Positions 23,282 to 33,463 are shown, numbered from the stretch's first letter. The stretch: 64,000 bases of DNA from an uncultured Chloroflexia bacterium (GCA_963819655.1 CAWFXA010000003.1:768001-832000); one strand, 5' to 3'. The notes: generated from the sequence alone by a model not told the origin. A program made the numbers and translations.

Positions 23282-25323
23282 CAGGGCGCTCGATCCTCGA
23301 GCTCGAGCCACGCGTCCTCGGCGACCGCCAGCGCCCGTGCGACGTCGGCGAGCTCGCTGGTGACCCGCCGCAGCTCGACGAAGTTGGCGGCGACGGACGG
23401 GTCACCCATCGCGAGCTCGAGGTGGTTCTTGCGCAACCCGAGGCGCGTCAGCTCGGCGTCGAGTGCCGTCTTCTGGCGCCTGTACGCGTCCTTGGACAGC
23501 TTCGCGAGGCGGGTACGGGTTCGTGCCGCGGTCGGCGTCGCGATCGCGGACGACGGGCTCGCCGGCCGCGCTGGACGTGGGGCGCGCACCGCCCGCTCCG
23601 GGCCCGGCCGCGCCGCGGGCGCGGGCCGACGCATCTGCGCCACGCGCGCAGCGGCCGCGTCCCTCGTGGTCCAGCCATCGGCCACCGCCGCTCGCCACGC
23701 CCGGTAGCCACCGTCGAAGCCGACCGCTTGTCCGTCGTCGACCACCCACAGCCGGTCGCACACCGTCTCGAGCAAGCGACGGTCGTGCGACACGACGAGC
23801 AGCGTGGCCGGCGATTCGCGCATGAAGCTCTCGATCGCCTCGCGAGCCGGGATGTCGAGGTGGTTCGTCGGCTCGTCGAGCAGCAACAGGTTCGAGGGCT
23901 GGATCCCGAGCAGGGCGAGCTCGAGTCGCGAGCGCTCGCCACCGGACAGCGCGCGGACCTCCTTGAACACGTCGTCGCCACGGAACAGGAAGCGCGCCAG
24001 GTATGAGCGCCCCTCGCCGGGCGTGACGGGGATCGTGCCGAGGAGCGCGTCGAGGACGGTCGCCCCCGCGATCGCAGCTCCCCGGAGCTGAGCGAGGTAC
24101 CCGATCTGGACTGCGTTGCCGAAGCTGAGCGTCCCGTCGAGCGGTGGCAGCTCCCCGGCGATCGTGCGCAGCAACGTGGTCTTGCCGGCGCCGTTCGGAC
24201 CGACGATGCCGACGCGGTCGCCGCGTTGGGCCGCCAGGAACGGCGCCGTCGCGACGACACGCGGCTCCGTCGCCGGCGCACCGTCCGCCCGGACCGCCCC
24301 GCGACCAGGCAGATAGCCGACGGCCAGATCCTCGAGACGGACGACGATCTCCCCTGACCGTGCGGGGCCGTCACCCACGAGCGACGCCTGTGGCAATGCG
24401 AGCTTGCGAGTCGACCGTGGCGCCTCGCGTCGTTCGGCCAGGAGCCGCTCGAGCCGCGCCTCGTGCTCGTGCATCTTGCTGAACTTGCGGTGGCTCCGGT
24501 AATTCTGGACGAGCTCGCGTTCTCGTTCGATCTGCTGGGCCTGCGTGCCGGCGTCCTTGGTCGCGCGGGCGTCGCGCTCCTCGCGCTGGCGTCGATACGC
24601 GCTGTAGTCGCCGCGAAACGCCGTCAGGCGTCGATCGCGCAGCTCCCACACCCGCGTGACCGTCGCGTCGAGGAACGCCCGGTCGTGCGACGCGACGAGC
24701 AGCGAGCCCGTCCGCCGGCGAAGGTGCTCCTCCAGCCATTCGAGGGCGTCGAGATCGAGGTGGTTCGTGGGCTCGTCGAGGAGCAACAGGTCAGGGTCGG
24801 CGATGACCAGGCGCGCGAGGGCCGCACGCGTCTGCTCGCCGCCGGACAGCGTGTTCGGCGGCCTGGACCACTCGTCGACGGCGAAGCCGAGGCCGCTCAG
24901 CGCCGTGTCGACACGCTGGTCGAGCGTGTACCCGCCGAGCACGTCGAACTGATGCTGCAGGTCGGCGTAGGCGGGCTCGGTCACGCGCCCGGTCCGCTCG
25001 AGCTCCGCGAGCTCGGCAGCCATCGTCTCGAGGTGGGCCGCACCGGCACGGACGGCCGTCCGCAGGTCGGGCGCCGCCATGAAGACGGCATCGAGATGCG
25101 CCTCCTGCGCGAGCATCCCGAACGACAGCCCGCGTTTCCGCGAGACCGTGCCGCGGTCGGGCTCGTCAGGCCCGACGGCCAAGCGCATGAGCGTCGTCTT
25201 GCCGGCGCCGTTCGGCCCGACCAGGCCGATCCGATCGCCGAGCGCGATCGCCGCATCGACCGCGTCGAGGATCGTGAGCGTCCCGATCTCGCGTGTGACG
25301 CCTACGAGCCGCAGGATCGACAT
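23281..25323 (-). CDS. ABC-F family ATPase (Uup-like)
   Basis: Two ABC domains (GPNGAGKTT, LSGGE, LLLDEPTNHLD) without TM segments, plus a C-terminal coiled coil. ATG 25323 is coupled to the mutM stop. Confidence 0.93.
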   Translation of the reverse strand: MSILRLVGVTREIGTLTILDAVDAAIALGDRIGLVGPNGAGKTTLMRLAVGPDEPDRGTVSRKRGLSFGMLAQEAHLDAVFMAAPDLRTAVRAGAAHLETMAAELAELERTGRVTEPAYADLQHQFDVLGGYTLDQRVDTALSGLGFAVDEWSRPPNTLSGGEQTRAALARLVIADPDLLLLDEPTNHLDLDALEWLEEHLRRRTGSLLVASHDRAFLDATVTRVWELRDRRLTAFRGDYSAYRRQREERDARATKDAGTQAQQIERERELVQNYRSHRKFSKMHEHEARLERLLAERREAPRSTRKLALPQASLVGDGPARSGEIVVRLEDLAVGYLPGRGAVRADGAPATEPRVVATAPFLAAQRGDRVGIVGPNGAGKTTLLRTIAGELPPLDGTLSFGNAVQIGYLAQLRGAAIAGATVLDALLGTIPVTPGEGRSYLARFLFRGDDVFKEVRALSGGERSRLELALLGIQPSNLLLLDEPTNHLDIPAREAIESFMRESPATLLVVSHDRRLLETVCDRLWVVDDGQAVGFDGGYRAWRAAVADGWTTRDAAAARVAQMRRPAPAARPGPERAVRAPRPARPASPSSAIATPTAARTRTRLAKLSKDAYRRQKTALDAELTRLGLRKNHLELAMGDPSVAANFVELRRVTSELADVARALAVAEDAWLELEDRAP

Positions 25324-26423
25324 CAGACCGGACCCTCGCCCATCGACGCGCGCGCCTTGGCGCGCCGGCTCGCGGCCGCGCGCTTCGTGCGTTCGGTCTT
25401 CGCGCGGACCGCGTCGCGGGTCGCGGCATCCCGGGCGGCAGCGTCCGTGGCCTCCCCCGCCGTCAGGCCGGTGCTGCCTTCGCCTGCAGCCAACGCAGTC
25501 CAGCGACGGCCATGCCGGACCTGCCCGCCTGCCATCCCGCGCAGGATCCCGGCGGAGCCTTTGCGATCGGCCGCCGGCAGTCTCTGGCACCACGAGCAGA
25601 AGTGCGTCGAGCGCGCCCCGATGACGATGCGCTTGATCGGTCGGCCGCACCGCGCACACGGCTCATCGGTGCGCTGGTAGACGTCGAGCGTCTCCTGCAT
25701 CGATCCGTCACCGTCGGGCGCCGTGTAGTCGTCGATCGACGAGCCGCGGCGCTCGACAGCCTCCCCCAGAACGGCCCGGATCGCCTCGTAAAGCCGTCGT
25801 TCGTCCGGTGGCCGCAGCGATGAAGCCGAGCGCAGCGGGTGCAGCCGGGCGCGCCACAGCGCCTCGTCGGCGTAGATGTTGCCGACCCCGGCGAGGAACG
25901 ACTGGTCGGTCATGAGCGGTTTGAGGCGGCCCTTCCGGCGCCGCACCAGCTTGCGGAAATCCCGCAGCGTGAAGTCGTCGTCGAGGGGCTCCGGTCCGAC
26001 CCCGGCGAACACGGCCGCGCCACCCACCTCCTCGACGAGATCGCCACTGACGGGGTCGCGTCCATAGAGGCCGATCTTCCCGAACTTGCGGATGTCGCGG
26101 AACCGCAGCTCCCGGCCACCGGTCAGCTCCAGGACGAGCCGCACGTAGGGGTCCTCCGGGACATCGGCGGGCACCACGAAGAGCTGCCCGGTCATCTTGA
26201 GGTGGATCGTCAGAGCGGCGTCGCCCGACAGCTCGACCACGAGCTGCTTGCCACGCCGGCCCACGGCCAGGACCGAGCGACCGGCGACGCCATCGGCGAA
26301 CGCAACGGGATCCTGGGATCGCAACGTGCGGATCCAGTTCGTGCGCGCGCCGAAGATCGTCGCGCCAACCAGCCGCGGACGCAGGTCGCGCGCGACCGTC
26401 TCGACTTCAGGGAGCTCAGGCAC
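25323..26423 (-). CDS. mutM: Formamidopyrimidine-DNA glycosylase
   Basis: PELPEVE, RRGK, HLKMTG, GVGNIYADE and C4 zinc finger, with a C-terminal extension. Confidence 0.97.
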   Translation of the reverse strand: MPELPEVETVARDLRPRLVGATIFGARTNWIRTLRSQDPVAFADGVAGRSVLAVGRRGKQLVVELSGDAALTIHLKMTGQLFVVPADVPEDPYVRLVLELTGGRELRFRDIRKFGKIGLYGRDPVSGDLVEEVGGAAVFAGVGPEPLDDDFTLRDFRKLVRRRKGRLKPLMTDQSFLAGVGNIYADEALWRARLHPLRSASSLRPPDERRLYEAIRAVLGEAVERRGSSIDDYTAPDGDGSMQETLDVYQRTDEPCARCGRPIKRIVIGARSTHFCSWCQRLPAADRKGSAGILRGMAGGQVRHGRRWTALAAGEGSTGLTAGEATDAAARDAATRDAVRAKTERTKRAAASRRAKARASMGEGPV

Positions 26424-26432
26424 CGGACGGAC

Positions 26433-29360
26433 CTAACCGGCGACAGGCGCGATGGGCGCCTCGAGCGGCAGTTCATCGGCCTCGGCGGCGATGGCGTCCG
26501 CGCGCGTGAGCGGCGTCATCGATTCCCAGTCATCGCCGACCTTGACATCGACGATCAGCGGCACCGACAGCGGGAGCGCACTTTCCATCGTCTCGCGCAC
26601 GAGAGCGGCGAGCGGCTCGACCTCATCGCGCGGCGTCTCGAGCAACAGCTCGTCGTGCACCGACAGCAGCAACCGGGCGCGGAGGCCCGCCTCGCGCACC
26701 CGGGCGTCCGCCCGGATCATCGCGATCTTCTGGATGTCGGCCGCGGTGCCCTGGATCGGCATATTGATCGCCATCCGCTCCCCTGCCCCGCGCAGCGCCG
26801 GGTTGGATGCCTTGAGCTCCGGGATCTGCCGCTTCCGACCGAGCAGTGTCTCGACGAAGCCCTGATCCCGCGCCTGGTCCTTGATGGCCATCATGTAGTA
26901 GCTGATCCCGGAATACGCCGTGAAGTAGCTGTTGATGAACGACTGCGCCTCCTGGCGCGAGATGTTGGCGCGCGACGCGAGGCCGAAGTCGCTCATGCCG
27001 TAGGCCAGCCCGAAGTTGACCATCTTCGCCATCGAGCGCTCGCCGTGCGTGATGTCCTCCGGCGCCTTGCCGAGGACGCGCGCCGCGGTCTCGCGATGGA
27101 TGTCGGCGCCGCGGGCGAACGCATCCTTGAGGTGCTCGTCCCCGGACACGTGGGCGAGGATGCGTAGCTCGATCTGGGAGTAGTCGGCGGCGAGCAGGAC
27201 GAGGTCGGGCTGCCCGGCCACGAACGCGCGGCGGATCTTGCGACCGAGCTCGGTCCGGATCGGGATGTTCTGGAGGTTCGGGTCGGAAGACGACAGGCGC
27301 CCGGTCGCGGCCACGGCCTGATGGAACGTCGTGTGCAGCCGACCGTCGGCCGCGATGAGCGACGGGAGCGCCTCGACGTACGTCGAGCGCAACTTCGTGT
27401 ACACGCGCCACTCGAGCAGCTTGTCGATCATGGGGTGCGCCGGGCGTAGCTCCTCGAGCACGGACGCGTCAGTCGAGAAACCGGTCTTCGTTCGCTTCCC
27501 CTTCGGGAGGTTTAGCTCGAAGAACAGCACCTGCTCGAGCTGCTTCGGGCTGCCGAGGTTGAACTCGTGGCCGACGTCTCTGTAGATGCCCTGCTCGAGC
27601 CGCGAGATCTCCGCCCCGAACTCGCGATCGAGGACGGCCAGCGCCTCGAGATCGAGCGCGACACCCACGGCCTCCATCCGGGCCAGCACCGGGATCAACG
27701 GGAGCTCGACTTCGCGGAACAGCCGCCCGAGCCCCTCGATGTCGTCGAGTCGAAGCTGCAACGGCTCCCGGACGGCCATCGCCGACAGCGCCTCGATGCC
27801 CGCCCGCGCAGTCGGGGGCAGCTCCGTGGCGGGTGGCAGGATCTGGTCCAGGTGCTCCGCGACGATGTCCGCGATCGTCTGGCTGCGCAGAGCGGCGTTC
27901 AGGATGTAGGCAGCGATCTGGGTATCGAACGCGACCGGGAGCGGCTCAGCGGCGGGATCCTCGGCCAGGGCCGCCACGAGGACCGGCTTGACCTCGTGGC
28001 CGACCAGAGGGATGCGCAGCCGCTGAAGGAGACGCCGCAGCGCATCGGATGCCGCCTGGCCCTCTGCCGCGACGGTGCGACCGTCGGTCCCGACGACGGC
28101 CAGCGCAAGGGGCACCCCGCGCCGTGGCCGCGGATCGTCGAGCAGGATCGACACTCCGGCGGTCGGTTGCGCTGCCAGCCACGACTCGAGGCCGGCGACC
28201 CCGTCCTCGCCGACCACCTCGATCCTGCCCGGATCGACGATCGCTGCGGCAAGCGCGGCAGGCAGATCATCGGTGGGCTCGAACGGCCGTTGCGCGCCGG
28301 TCGGACCAGTGCCGTCACCCTGGGGGGTGACCGCATCGAAGTCGAGCCGGAGCTGGAGCTCACCGCTCCCCTGGCGACTCGTGGCACGGCCCGCGCCCCA
28401 CCCTTCCGGCCGACCGGCCACCCTGGCCGCCGGCACATAGCCGCTCTGGGCGACGGACCGCAGCGTCTCTGTACGTTGCTCGGCGGTCTCGCCGGCCATC
28501 GGCGGCAAGCGCTCGATGAGCGTCCGGAACTCGTACTCGCGGAACAGACGCACCACGGTGTCGCGGTCGTAGTCTCCGAGGCGAGCCGCCTGGAGGTCGA
28601 TGGAGATCGGCAGGTCCCGGACGATCGTCGAAAGCTCGCGACCCATGTAGATCTGCTCGCGATGGTCGCGCAGCTTGTCGCGCAGCTTCTCGGGCGTGAC
28701 GTCGTCGAGCCGAGCGAACAGCGAGTCGAGGTCGCCGAATTCGCGGATCAGCTTGGCGGCCGTCTTCTCGCCGACACCGGGAACGCCCGGGATGTTGTCC
28801 GTCGGGTCGCCCTTGAGGGCCTTGTAATCGATCATCTGGTCGGGCCGCAGCCCGAAGCGCTCATCGATCCGGTCGACGTCGTAGATGACAGTGTTCTCGA
28901 CGCCCGAGCGCGTGGTCATCAGCCGCACACGCGGCGTCACGAGCTGGAGCATGTCGAGATCGACCGTGACGATCGTCGTCTCCAGGTCGTCTTGCGAGTC
29001 GAGCTGCTGCGTGATCGTGCCGATGACATCGTCGGCCTCGTAGCCCGGCATCTCGTAGACCGGGATGCGCAGCGCCTTGACGACCTCGCGGACCTTCGGG
29101 AACTGGTCCCGCAGGTCGTCCGGCATCTTCACCCGCGTCGCCTTGTAGTCGGCGTACTGCTCGTGCCGGAATGTCGGGCCGGGCAGGTCGAACGACACCG
29201 CGAGGTAATCGGGCTGGAGATCGACGATGCCGCGCAGGACGATGCTGGCGAACCCGAACACGCCGTTGACGAGCTCGCCCTTCGAGGTGGTGAGCGGCGG
29301 CAAAGCGAAGTATCCGCGGTAGACCAGCCCGTAGCCGTCGAGCAGCATCAGGCGTTCCAT
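26433..29360 (-). CDS. polA: DNA polymerase I
   Basis: 5'-3' exonuclease (LLDG, YEADD, GDPTDNIPGVPGVGEKTA) and polymerase motifs (ADYSQIELR, AKMVNFGLAYG, VHDEL). Confidence 0.98.
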   Translation of the reverse strand: MERLMLLDGYGLVYRGYFALPPLTTSKGELVNGVFGFASIVLRGIVDLQPDYLAVSFDLPGPTFRHEQYADYKATRVKMPDDLRDQFPKVREVVKALRIPVYEMPGYEADDVIGTITQQLDSQDDLETTIVTVDLDMLQLVTPRVRLMTTRSGVENTVIYDVDRIDERFGLRPDQMIDYKALKGDPTDNIPGVPGVGEKTAAKLIREFGDLDSLFARLDDVTPEKLRDKLRDHREQIYMGRELSTIVRDLPISIDLQAARLGDYDRDTVVRLFREYEFRTLIERLPPMAGETAEQRTETLRSVAQSGYVPAARVAGRPEGWGAGRATSRQGSGELQLRLDFDAVTPQGDGTGPTGAQRPFEPTDDLPAALAAAIVDPGRIEVVGEDGVAGLESWLAAQPTAGVSILLDDPRPRRGVPLALAVVGTDGRTVAAEGQAASDALRRLLQRLRIPLVGHEVKPVLVAALAEDPAAEPLPVAFDTQIAAYILNAALRSQTIADIVAEHLDQILPPATELPPTARAGIEALSAMAVREPLQLRLDDIEGLGRLFREVELPLIPVLARMEAVGVALDLEALAVLDREFGAEISRLEQGIYRDVGHEFNLGSPKQLEQVLFFELNLPKGKRTKTGFSTDASVLEELRPAHPMIDKLLEWRVYTKLRSTYVEALPSLIAADGRLHTTFHQAVAATGRLSSSDPNLQNIPIRTELGRKIRRAFVAGQPDLVLLAADYSQIELRILAHVSGDEHLKDAFARGADIHRETAARVLGKAPEDITHGERSMAKMVNFGLAYGMSDFGLASRANISRQEAQSFINSYFTAYSGISYYMMAIKDQARDQGFVETLLGRKRQIPELKASNPALRGAGERMAINMPIQGTAADIQKIAMIRADARVREAGLRARLLLSVHDELLLETPRDEVEPLAALVRETMESALPLSVPLIVDVKVGDDWESMTPLTRADAIAAEADELPLEAPIAPVAG

Positions 29361-29423
29361 CGGGTCGCAAGTGTACCCGTCAGGCTGCCTCGACCGACTG
29401 CGGCCGGCGCCTGGATGTCGGCG

Positions 29424-30134
29424 TCAGAGGAGCCTTCGGGCGCTCCACCTGAGGGCGAACAGGCCCAGGCCGGCGATCAACAGCGTGCCGGCCAGCACGA
29501 ACACCGCCGACAGGCCCGACGCATCGTCGCGGAGCGCGAGCAAGCCCCCGTCGCCGGCGATGTCGCGGCCACCCGCGGAGCCCAGCTCATCCGGGTTCCC
29601 GCCCGCGAAGACGCCCTCGTCGGTCAGGGTCGCTCCCGGGTCCGCGCTCACCGAGAGTCGGCTCGACTCGGCGACCTCCGCGGGCGCCGGTGCCGCCTGC
29701 TGGATGGGTGCACCGACGGTCGACAGGATGGATGCCCCGCCACCGGCAGACATCGACGGAAGGGCGGCCACGAGAAGTCCCGCGATCCCGAGCGTCGTGA
29801 ACCCGATGGCGAGCGGACGACTGATGTTGTCCCGGGCCGATCCGAAGAAGCCCAGGAACCGCCGCCAGCCGCCGTTGCGCAGCCGCGCCGCGTCCGCCGA
29901 TGTCAATGAGAAGTCACGCGGACGTGCCGGGGTCGACGTCGTCGGGAGAGCGGTCTGCAACGCCACGAGGTCCGCGAGGAGGTCCGTGCAGTCGCCGCAT
30001 GCGGCCAGCTGCTCTCGCGCTGCGCCCGACTGCCCCTCGGACAGATCCGGTGCGCGCGCGGCCAGCGCCGCGATGATCGTGAGGTCGTGCGCGGCGTGCG
30101 CGGATGCGGATGTGGGCTGAAGCGGCTCGGTCAT
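29424..30134 (-). CDS. Putative zinc-binding membrane anti-sigma factor (paralogue 2)
   Basis: HAAHD...CGDC...PRDFSL, two TM helices; downstream of the ECF sigma. Confidence 0.7.
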   Translation of the reverse strand: MTEPLQPTSASAHAAHDLTIIAALAARAPDLSEGQSGAAREQLAACGDCTDLLADLVALQTALPTTSTPARPRDFSLTSADAARLRNGGWRRFLGFFGSARDNISRPLAIGFTTLGIAGLLVAALPSMSAGGGASILSTVGAPIQQAAPAPAEVAESSRLSVSADPGATLTDEGVFAGGNPDELGSAGGRDIAGDGGLLALRDDASGLSAVFVLAGTLLIAGLGLFALRWSARRLL

Positions 30135-30196
30135 GTCATCCGTCTAGACGGCTTCGTTCTGCGCGCGGTTCCCCGTGCGCTGCGTATGGATCGCCA

Positions 30197-30748
30197 TCAT
30201 CGCACCCCGCCGACGCGCGGGGCGACGCGGCGCAGGAGGAACATGGCGCCGCCCGCGGTGAGAAGCGCCGCCGAGAGGCCCGCGAGCGGGTCGTCATCGG
30301 TCGGTGAGGCCAGGCGTTGCTCGGCCCCCATCGTGGCCATGGGCCCTCCGGCGACGTCCACCTCGGGCGTCACGGATGCGGCTTGGCCACCGGTCGCCCC
30401 ATCGAGCGTTGCGGCCGGGATCGCCGTCAGGAGCAGTCCGGACAGACCGATGCCGGTCAGGCTCAGCGCGAGCGGTCGCGTGAACGCGTCGCGCGACGTC
30501 CCGATCGCGTCCATGACCCGGCGCCAACGGGCGGGTCGGAGTCGGACGGAATCGTCCAGACCGAGTACGAAGTCCCGCGGGCGACCGGGGACCCACGCAT
30601 GACGGATGGCCGCCTGGATGGCGAGAAGGTCGGCGTGCAGGGCGCCGCACGACGGACAGCTGGCGATCGTCGTCGGGATCGTGCCGACGCCGACCGCGTC
30701 GGCGATGGCGAACCGATCGTGCCGCGCGTGCGATGCGCGATCAGCCAC
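30197..30748 (-). CDS. Putative zinc-binding membrane anti-sigma factor (paralogue 1)
   Basis: HARHD...CPSC...PRDFVL, two TM helices; start overlaps the sigma gene end. Confidence 0.7.
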   Translation of the reverse strand: MADRASHARHDRFAIADAVGVGTIPTTIASCPSCGALHADLLAIQAAIRHAWVPGRPRDFVLGLDDSVRLRPARWRRVMDAIGTSRDAFTRPLALSLTGIGLSGLLLTAIPAATLDGATGGQAASVTPEVDVAGGPMATMGAEQRLASPTDDDPLAGLSAALLTAGGAMFLLRRVAPRVGGVR

Positions 30749-31349
30749 GGAACAGCTCCATCCGATCGGACAGCAGGTCGCGGAGCGACAGCCGGCCCCG
30801 ATGGATGCGCGACTTCACCGTCCCGAGCGAGACGCCGGTCATCTCGGCGATCTCGCCGTAGTCATACCCCTCGACGTCGTACAGGACGATCGCGGTCCGC
30901 TGGTCGTCGGTGATGCGTGCCAGGGCCGCGGCGATCGCGCGGCTCCGCTCGGCGTGGACGGCGATCCGCTCGGGATCGACGTCAGGGCCGGCCTTCGGCT
31001 GCCAGCTCTCGTCCTCGAGCTCGGGATAGGGCTGCACCGGTCGACGCTTCTTCGCGCGCTGCGTGTCCATCGCGGCGTTGACACAGATCCGGTTCAGCCA
31101 CGACTTCACGCTTCCGCCACGGAACGAGGCAAGGTTCCGATAGGCCGAGAAGAAGGCCTCCTGGACGGCGTCGGCGGCCTGGTCGCGATCGGGCACCATG
31201 CGAACGACCAGGGCGAACAACGAATCCTGGTACAGGATGACGAGGTCGTTGAACGCGTCGAGGTCCCCTGACCGGGCACGCTCGATGAGGATGAGATCGC
31301 GGCGCTGGACGGGGTCGTCGGGGACCGTCGTCGAGCGAAGGTCCTCCAC
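30741..31349 (-). CDS. ECF RNA polymerase sigma-70 factor
   Basis: GDLDAFNDLV, DAVQEAF, SWLNRI, EIAEMTGVSLGTVKSRIHRGR. GTG 31349 has a GGAGG RBS; TAGACT -10 box at 31400-31405. Confidence 0.93.
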   Translation of the reverse strand: MEDLRSTTVPDDPVQRRDLILIERARSGDLDAFNDLVILYQDSLFALVVRMVPDRDQAADAVQEAFFSAYRNLASFRGGSVKSWLNRICVNAAMDTQRAKKRRPVQPYPELEDESWQPKAGPDVDPERIAVHAERSRAIAAALARITDDQRTAIVLYDVEGYDYGEIAEMTGVSLGTVKSRIHRGRLSLRDLLSDRMELFRG

Positions 31350-31487
31350 GGTCGGGGGGTCCCTCCGGACGGCGATGCTGGCTGACGTGAGGCGGGGGGA
31401 GTCTAGCATCGGTCGCCAGACGCGGGCCCAGAGCGCGCGGTTCCGGCCGCTTGGTGGGGAACGACCAAGACCGTGATCCCAGGGTCC

Positions 31488-31605
31488 GCATCTGTGAGAT
31501 GCACGTTGACGACGGCGCTGCGTGGACCTCGGCCCAGACGACATCCCCGAGCACACTGGGCATGCCGGCAAGGGAGCCTGTCTGAAATTCGCATCTGACG
31601 CTTGC
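31488..31605. repeat. 118-bp dispersed hairpin element, copy B
   Basis: GCATCTGTGAGATGC...GCCCAGACGACATCCCCGAGCACACTGGGC...GCATCTGACGCTTGC; colinear with copy A. Confidence 0.85.
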
Positions 31606-31692
31606 ACTAGCCCGTCATACGCCTGGGCGCTGAACGGCAACGACATCACGGAATGGCCCGCCGGATTCGGTAGGATGTCGGACCGACACCGG

Positions 31693-31778
31693 GCCGAAGT
31701 GGCGGAATGGCAGACGCTGCGGTCTCAAACACCGTTCCACGCAAGTGGGTGAGGGTTCGACTCCCTCCTTCGGCACCA
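31693..31778 (+). tRNA. tRNA-Leu (anticodon CAA)
   Basis: Acceptor GCCGAAG/CTTCGGC+ACCA, D-arm TGGCGGAATGGCAGACGC, anticodon arm GCGGT-CTCAAAC-ACCGT, long variable arm, GGTTCGACTCC. Confidence 0.96.
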
Positions 31779-31806
31779 GATCTGGTCGGACGCCTATGCT
31801 CGTGAG

Positions 31807-32268
31807 ATGAACGAGTCTCGCGGCCGGCGTCCGTCGCGGTTCATCGGGTATCCGACCGACTCGCTTCTCGCGGTCCTGCCCGACGCCGAGATCGCGGCGA
31901 AAGCCGCGGCCGCCCTCAAGGCGGCCGGAGTCCGGGATCGTGACATCACGATCCTGAAGGGCGACGAGGGCGCGTCCAGATTCGACCCGACCGGCGCCGT
32001 GCACGGTTTCGTCGCCCGGTTGCGACGGCTCGTCTCTTTCACCGTGATGGACCAGCTCCCCGACATGGCCTGGTACGACGCCGCGATCCGGGCCGGCCAG
32101 GTCGTCGTCATGGCGCGCATCCGGGGCGACGACCTGAAAGCGGAGGCCGTCCGGATCGTGCGCGAAAATGGGGGCCATTTCATCAACTATTACGGTCGGT
32201 TCGCCACCGAAGAGATCGTCCGCTGGCAGGGCCCCGACCCGGAGGTCCACAGCCTGCTCAAGCGCTGA
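31807..32268 (+). CDS. Hypothetical protein
   Basis: Clean ORF with typical codon use; TATGCT -10 box 6 nt upstream. Confidence 0.75.
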   Translation: MNESRGRRPSRFIGYPTDSLLAVLPDAEIAAKAAAALKAAGVRDRDITILKGDEGASRFDPTGAVHGFVARLRRLVSFTVMDQLPDMAWYDAAIRAGQVVVMARIRGDDLKAEAVRIVRENGGHFINYYGRFATEEIVRWQGPDPEVHSLLKR

Positions 32269-33463
32269 CCGCGCGACCGCCCTGCCACACCGCGACAGGC
32301 CGCGCGAGGGTCGTGAGCTCGGCGAGGGGGTCGCCGTCGACGAGCACCAGGTCGGCGAGCTTTCCCACCTCGACCGTCCCCGTGAGTCCATCGACGCCGA
32401 GCAGCCGCGCCGCCGCCGACGTGGCCGCTTTGAGTGCGGCCATCGCCGACGCCCCGTGGTCGCGCAGAAGGACGATCTCGCGCCAGACCATGTCGGCCGT
32501 CACGCCCACCTCGCCGGTATCCGTGCCGGTCGCTACCGGGATCCCGAGGCGGATCGCGGTCTCGGTCGAGATCCGATGGCGCCGCTCGATGAGGTCCTGG
32601 CGTTCACGCTGGACCGCCGTCAGACCGGGCAGGGTCCGGTTCACATCGGTGACGACGAGCGTCGGGACCAGCCAGCCGCCTGAAGCGCCCAAGGCGTCGA
32701 TCGCCGCCTCATCGGCGAGCCAGGCATGCTCCACGGACGTGACGCGAGCAGCGGCCGAGCGCCGGACCAATTCGCTGTCCTGGGCGTGACACATGACCCG
32801 CAGCCCGAGTTCCGTGGCTGTCGTCACGATGGCCCGCAGGTCCTCAAGCGTCAGCTCGGGCGCACCGTGGACCATGGCCCCCGGGGCGAGGCCCGTCGTG
32901 GTGAGCATCGCCGCTTCCGAGGCCACGACCTTCACGACGTCGGCGCCGCGGCTCACGACCTCCCGCGTGGCGGCGGCCAGGGCATCGGGTCCGTCGGCCT
33001 CGAGCCCGAACGCGGACCCGTGACCGCCGATCGCGCCCACGGCTGTGCCCGCCGCAACGATCCGCGGCCCGGCGACCTGCCCGGCGGCGATCGCGTCGCG
33101 GAGCCGGCACTCGAGGTTCCGGATCGAGCCCGCCCCGCGGGTCGTCGTGATCCCCGCACGCAACGCACGTCCGGCATGCCCGGCCGCCGCCTCGAGGATC
33201 AGGACATCCGGCCGTCGGGCGATCTCCTGGAGCGAGCCCTCGGTCGGGTCGAATGTGTAGTGCGCGTGCGCGTCGATCAGACCGGGGAGCAGCGTCCGAC
33301 CCGCTCCCTCGACGACCACGGTTCTGGCCGGATCCACCACCAGATCCGGATCGTGCGGGCCTATCGACGCGATCCGCTGACCCTCGACCAGGACATCGAT
33401 GTGGTCACGCGCAGCCTCGGCGACCCCGTCGATCAACCGGACACCGCGCACGAGGATGCTCAC
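32258..33463 (-). CDS. Metal-dependent amidohydrolase
   Basis: TLLPGLIDAHAH, GGHG, ADVVK, CHAQ, SVEH, GTD and GKLADLV motifs. Confidence 0.92.
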   Translation of the reverse strand: MSILVRGVRLIDGVAEAARDHIDVLVEGQRIASIGPHDPDLVVDPARTVVVEGAGRTLLPGLIDAHAHYTFDPTEGSLQEIARRPDVLILEAAAGHAGRALRAGITTTRGAGSIRNLECRLRDAIAAGQVAGPRIVAAGTAVGAIGGHGSAFGLEADGPDALAAATREVVSRGADVVKVVASEAAMLTTTGLAPGAMVHGAPELTLEDLRAIVTTATELGLRVMCHAQDSELVRRSAAARVTSVEHAWLADEAAIDALGASGGWLVPTLVVTDVNRTLPGLTAVQRERQDLIERRHRISTETAIRLGIPVATGTDTGEVGVTADMVWREIVLLRDHGASAMAALKAATSAAARLLGVDGLTGTVEVGKLADLVLVDGDPLAELTTLARPVAVWQGGRAVSA

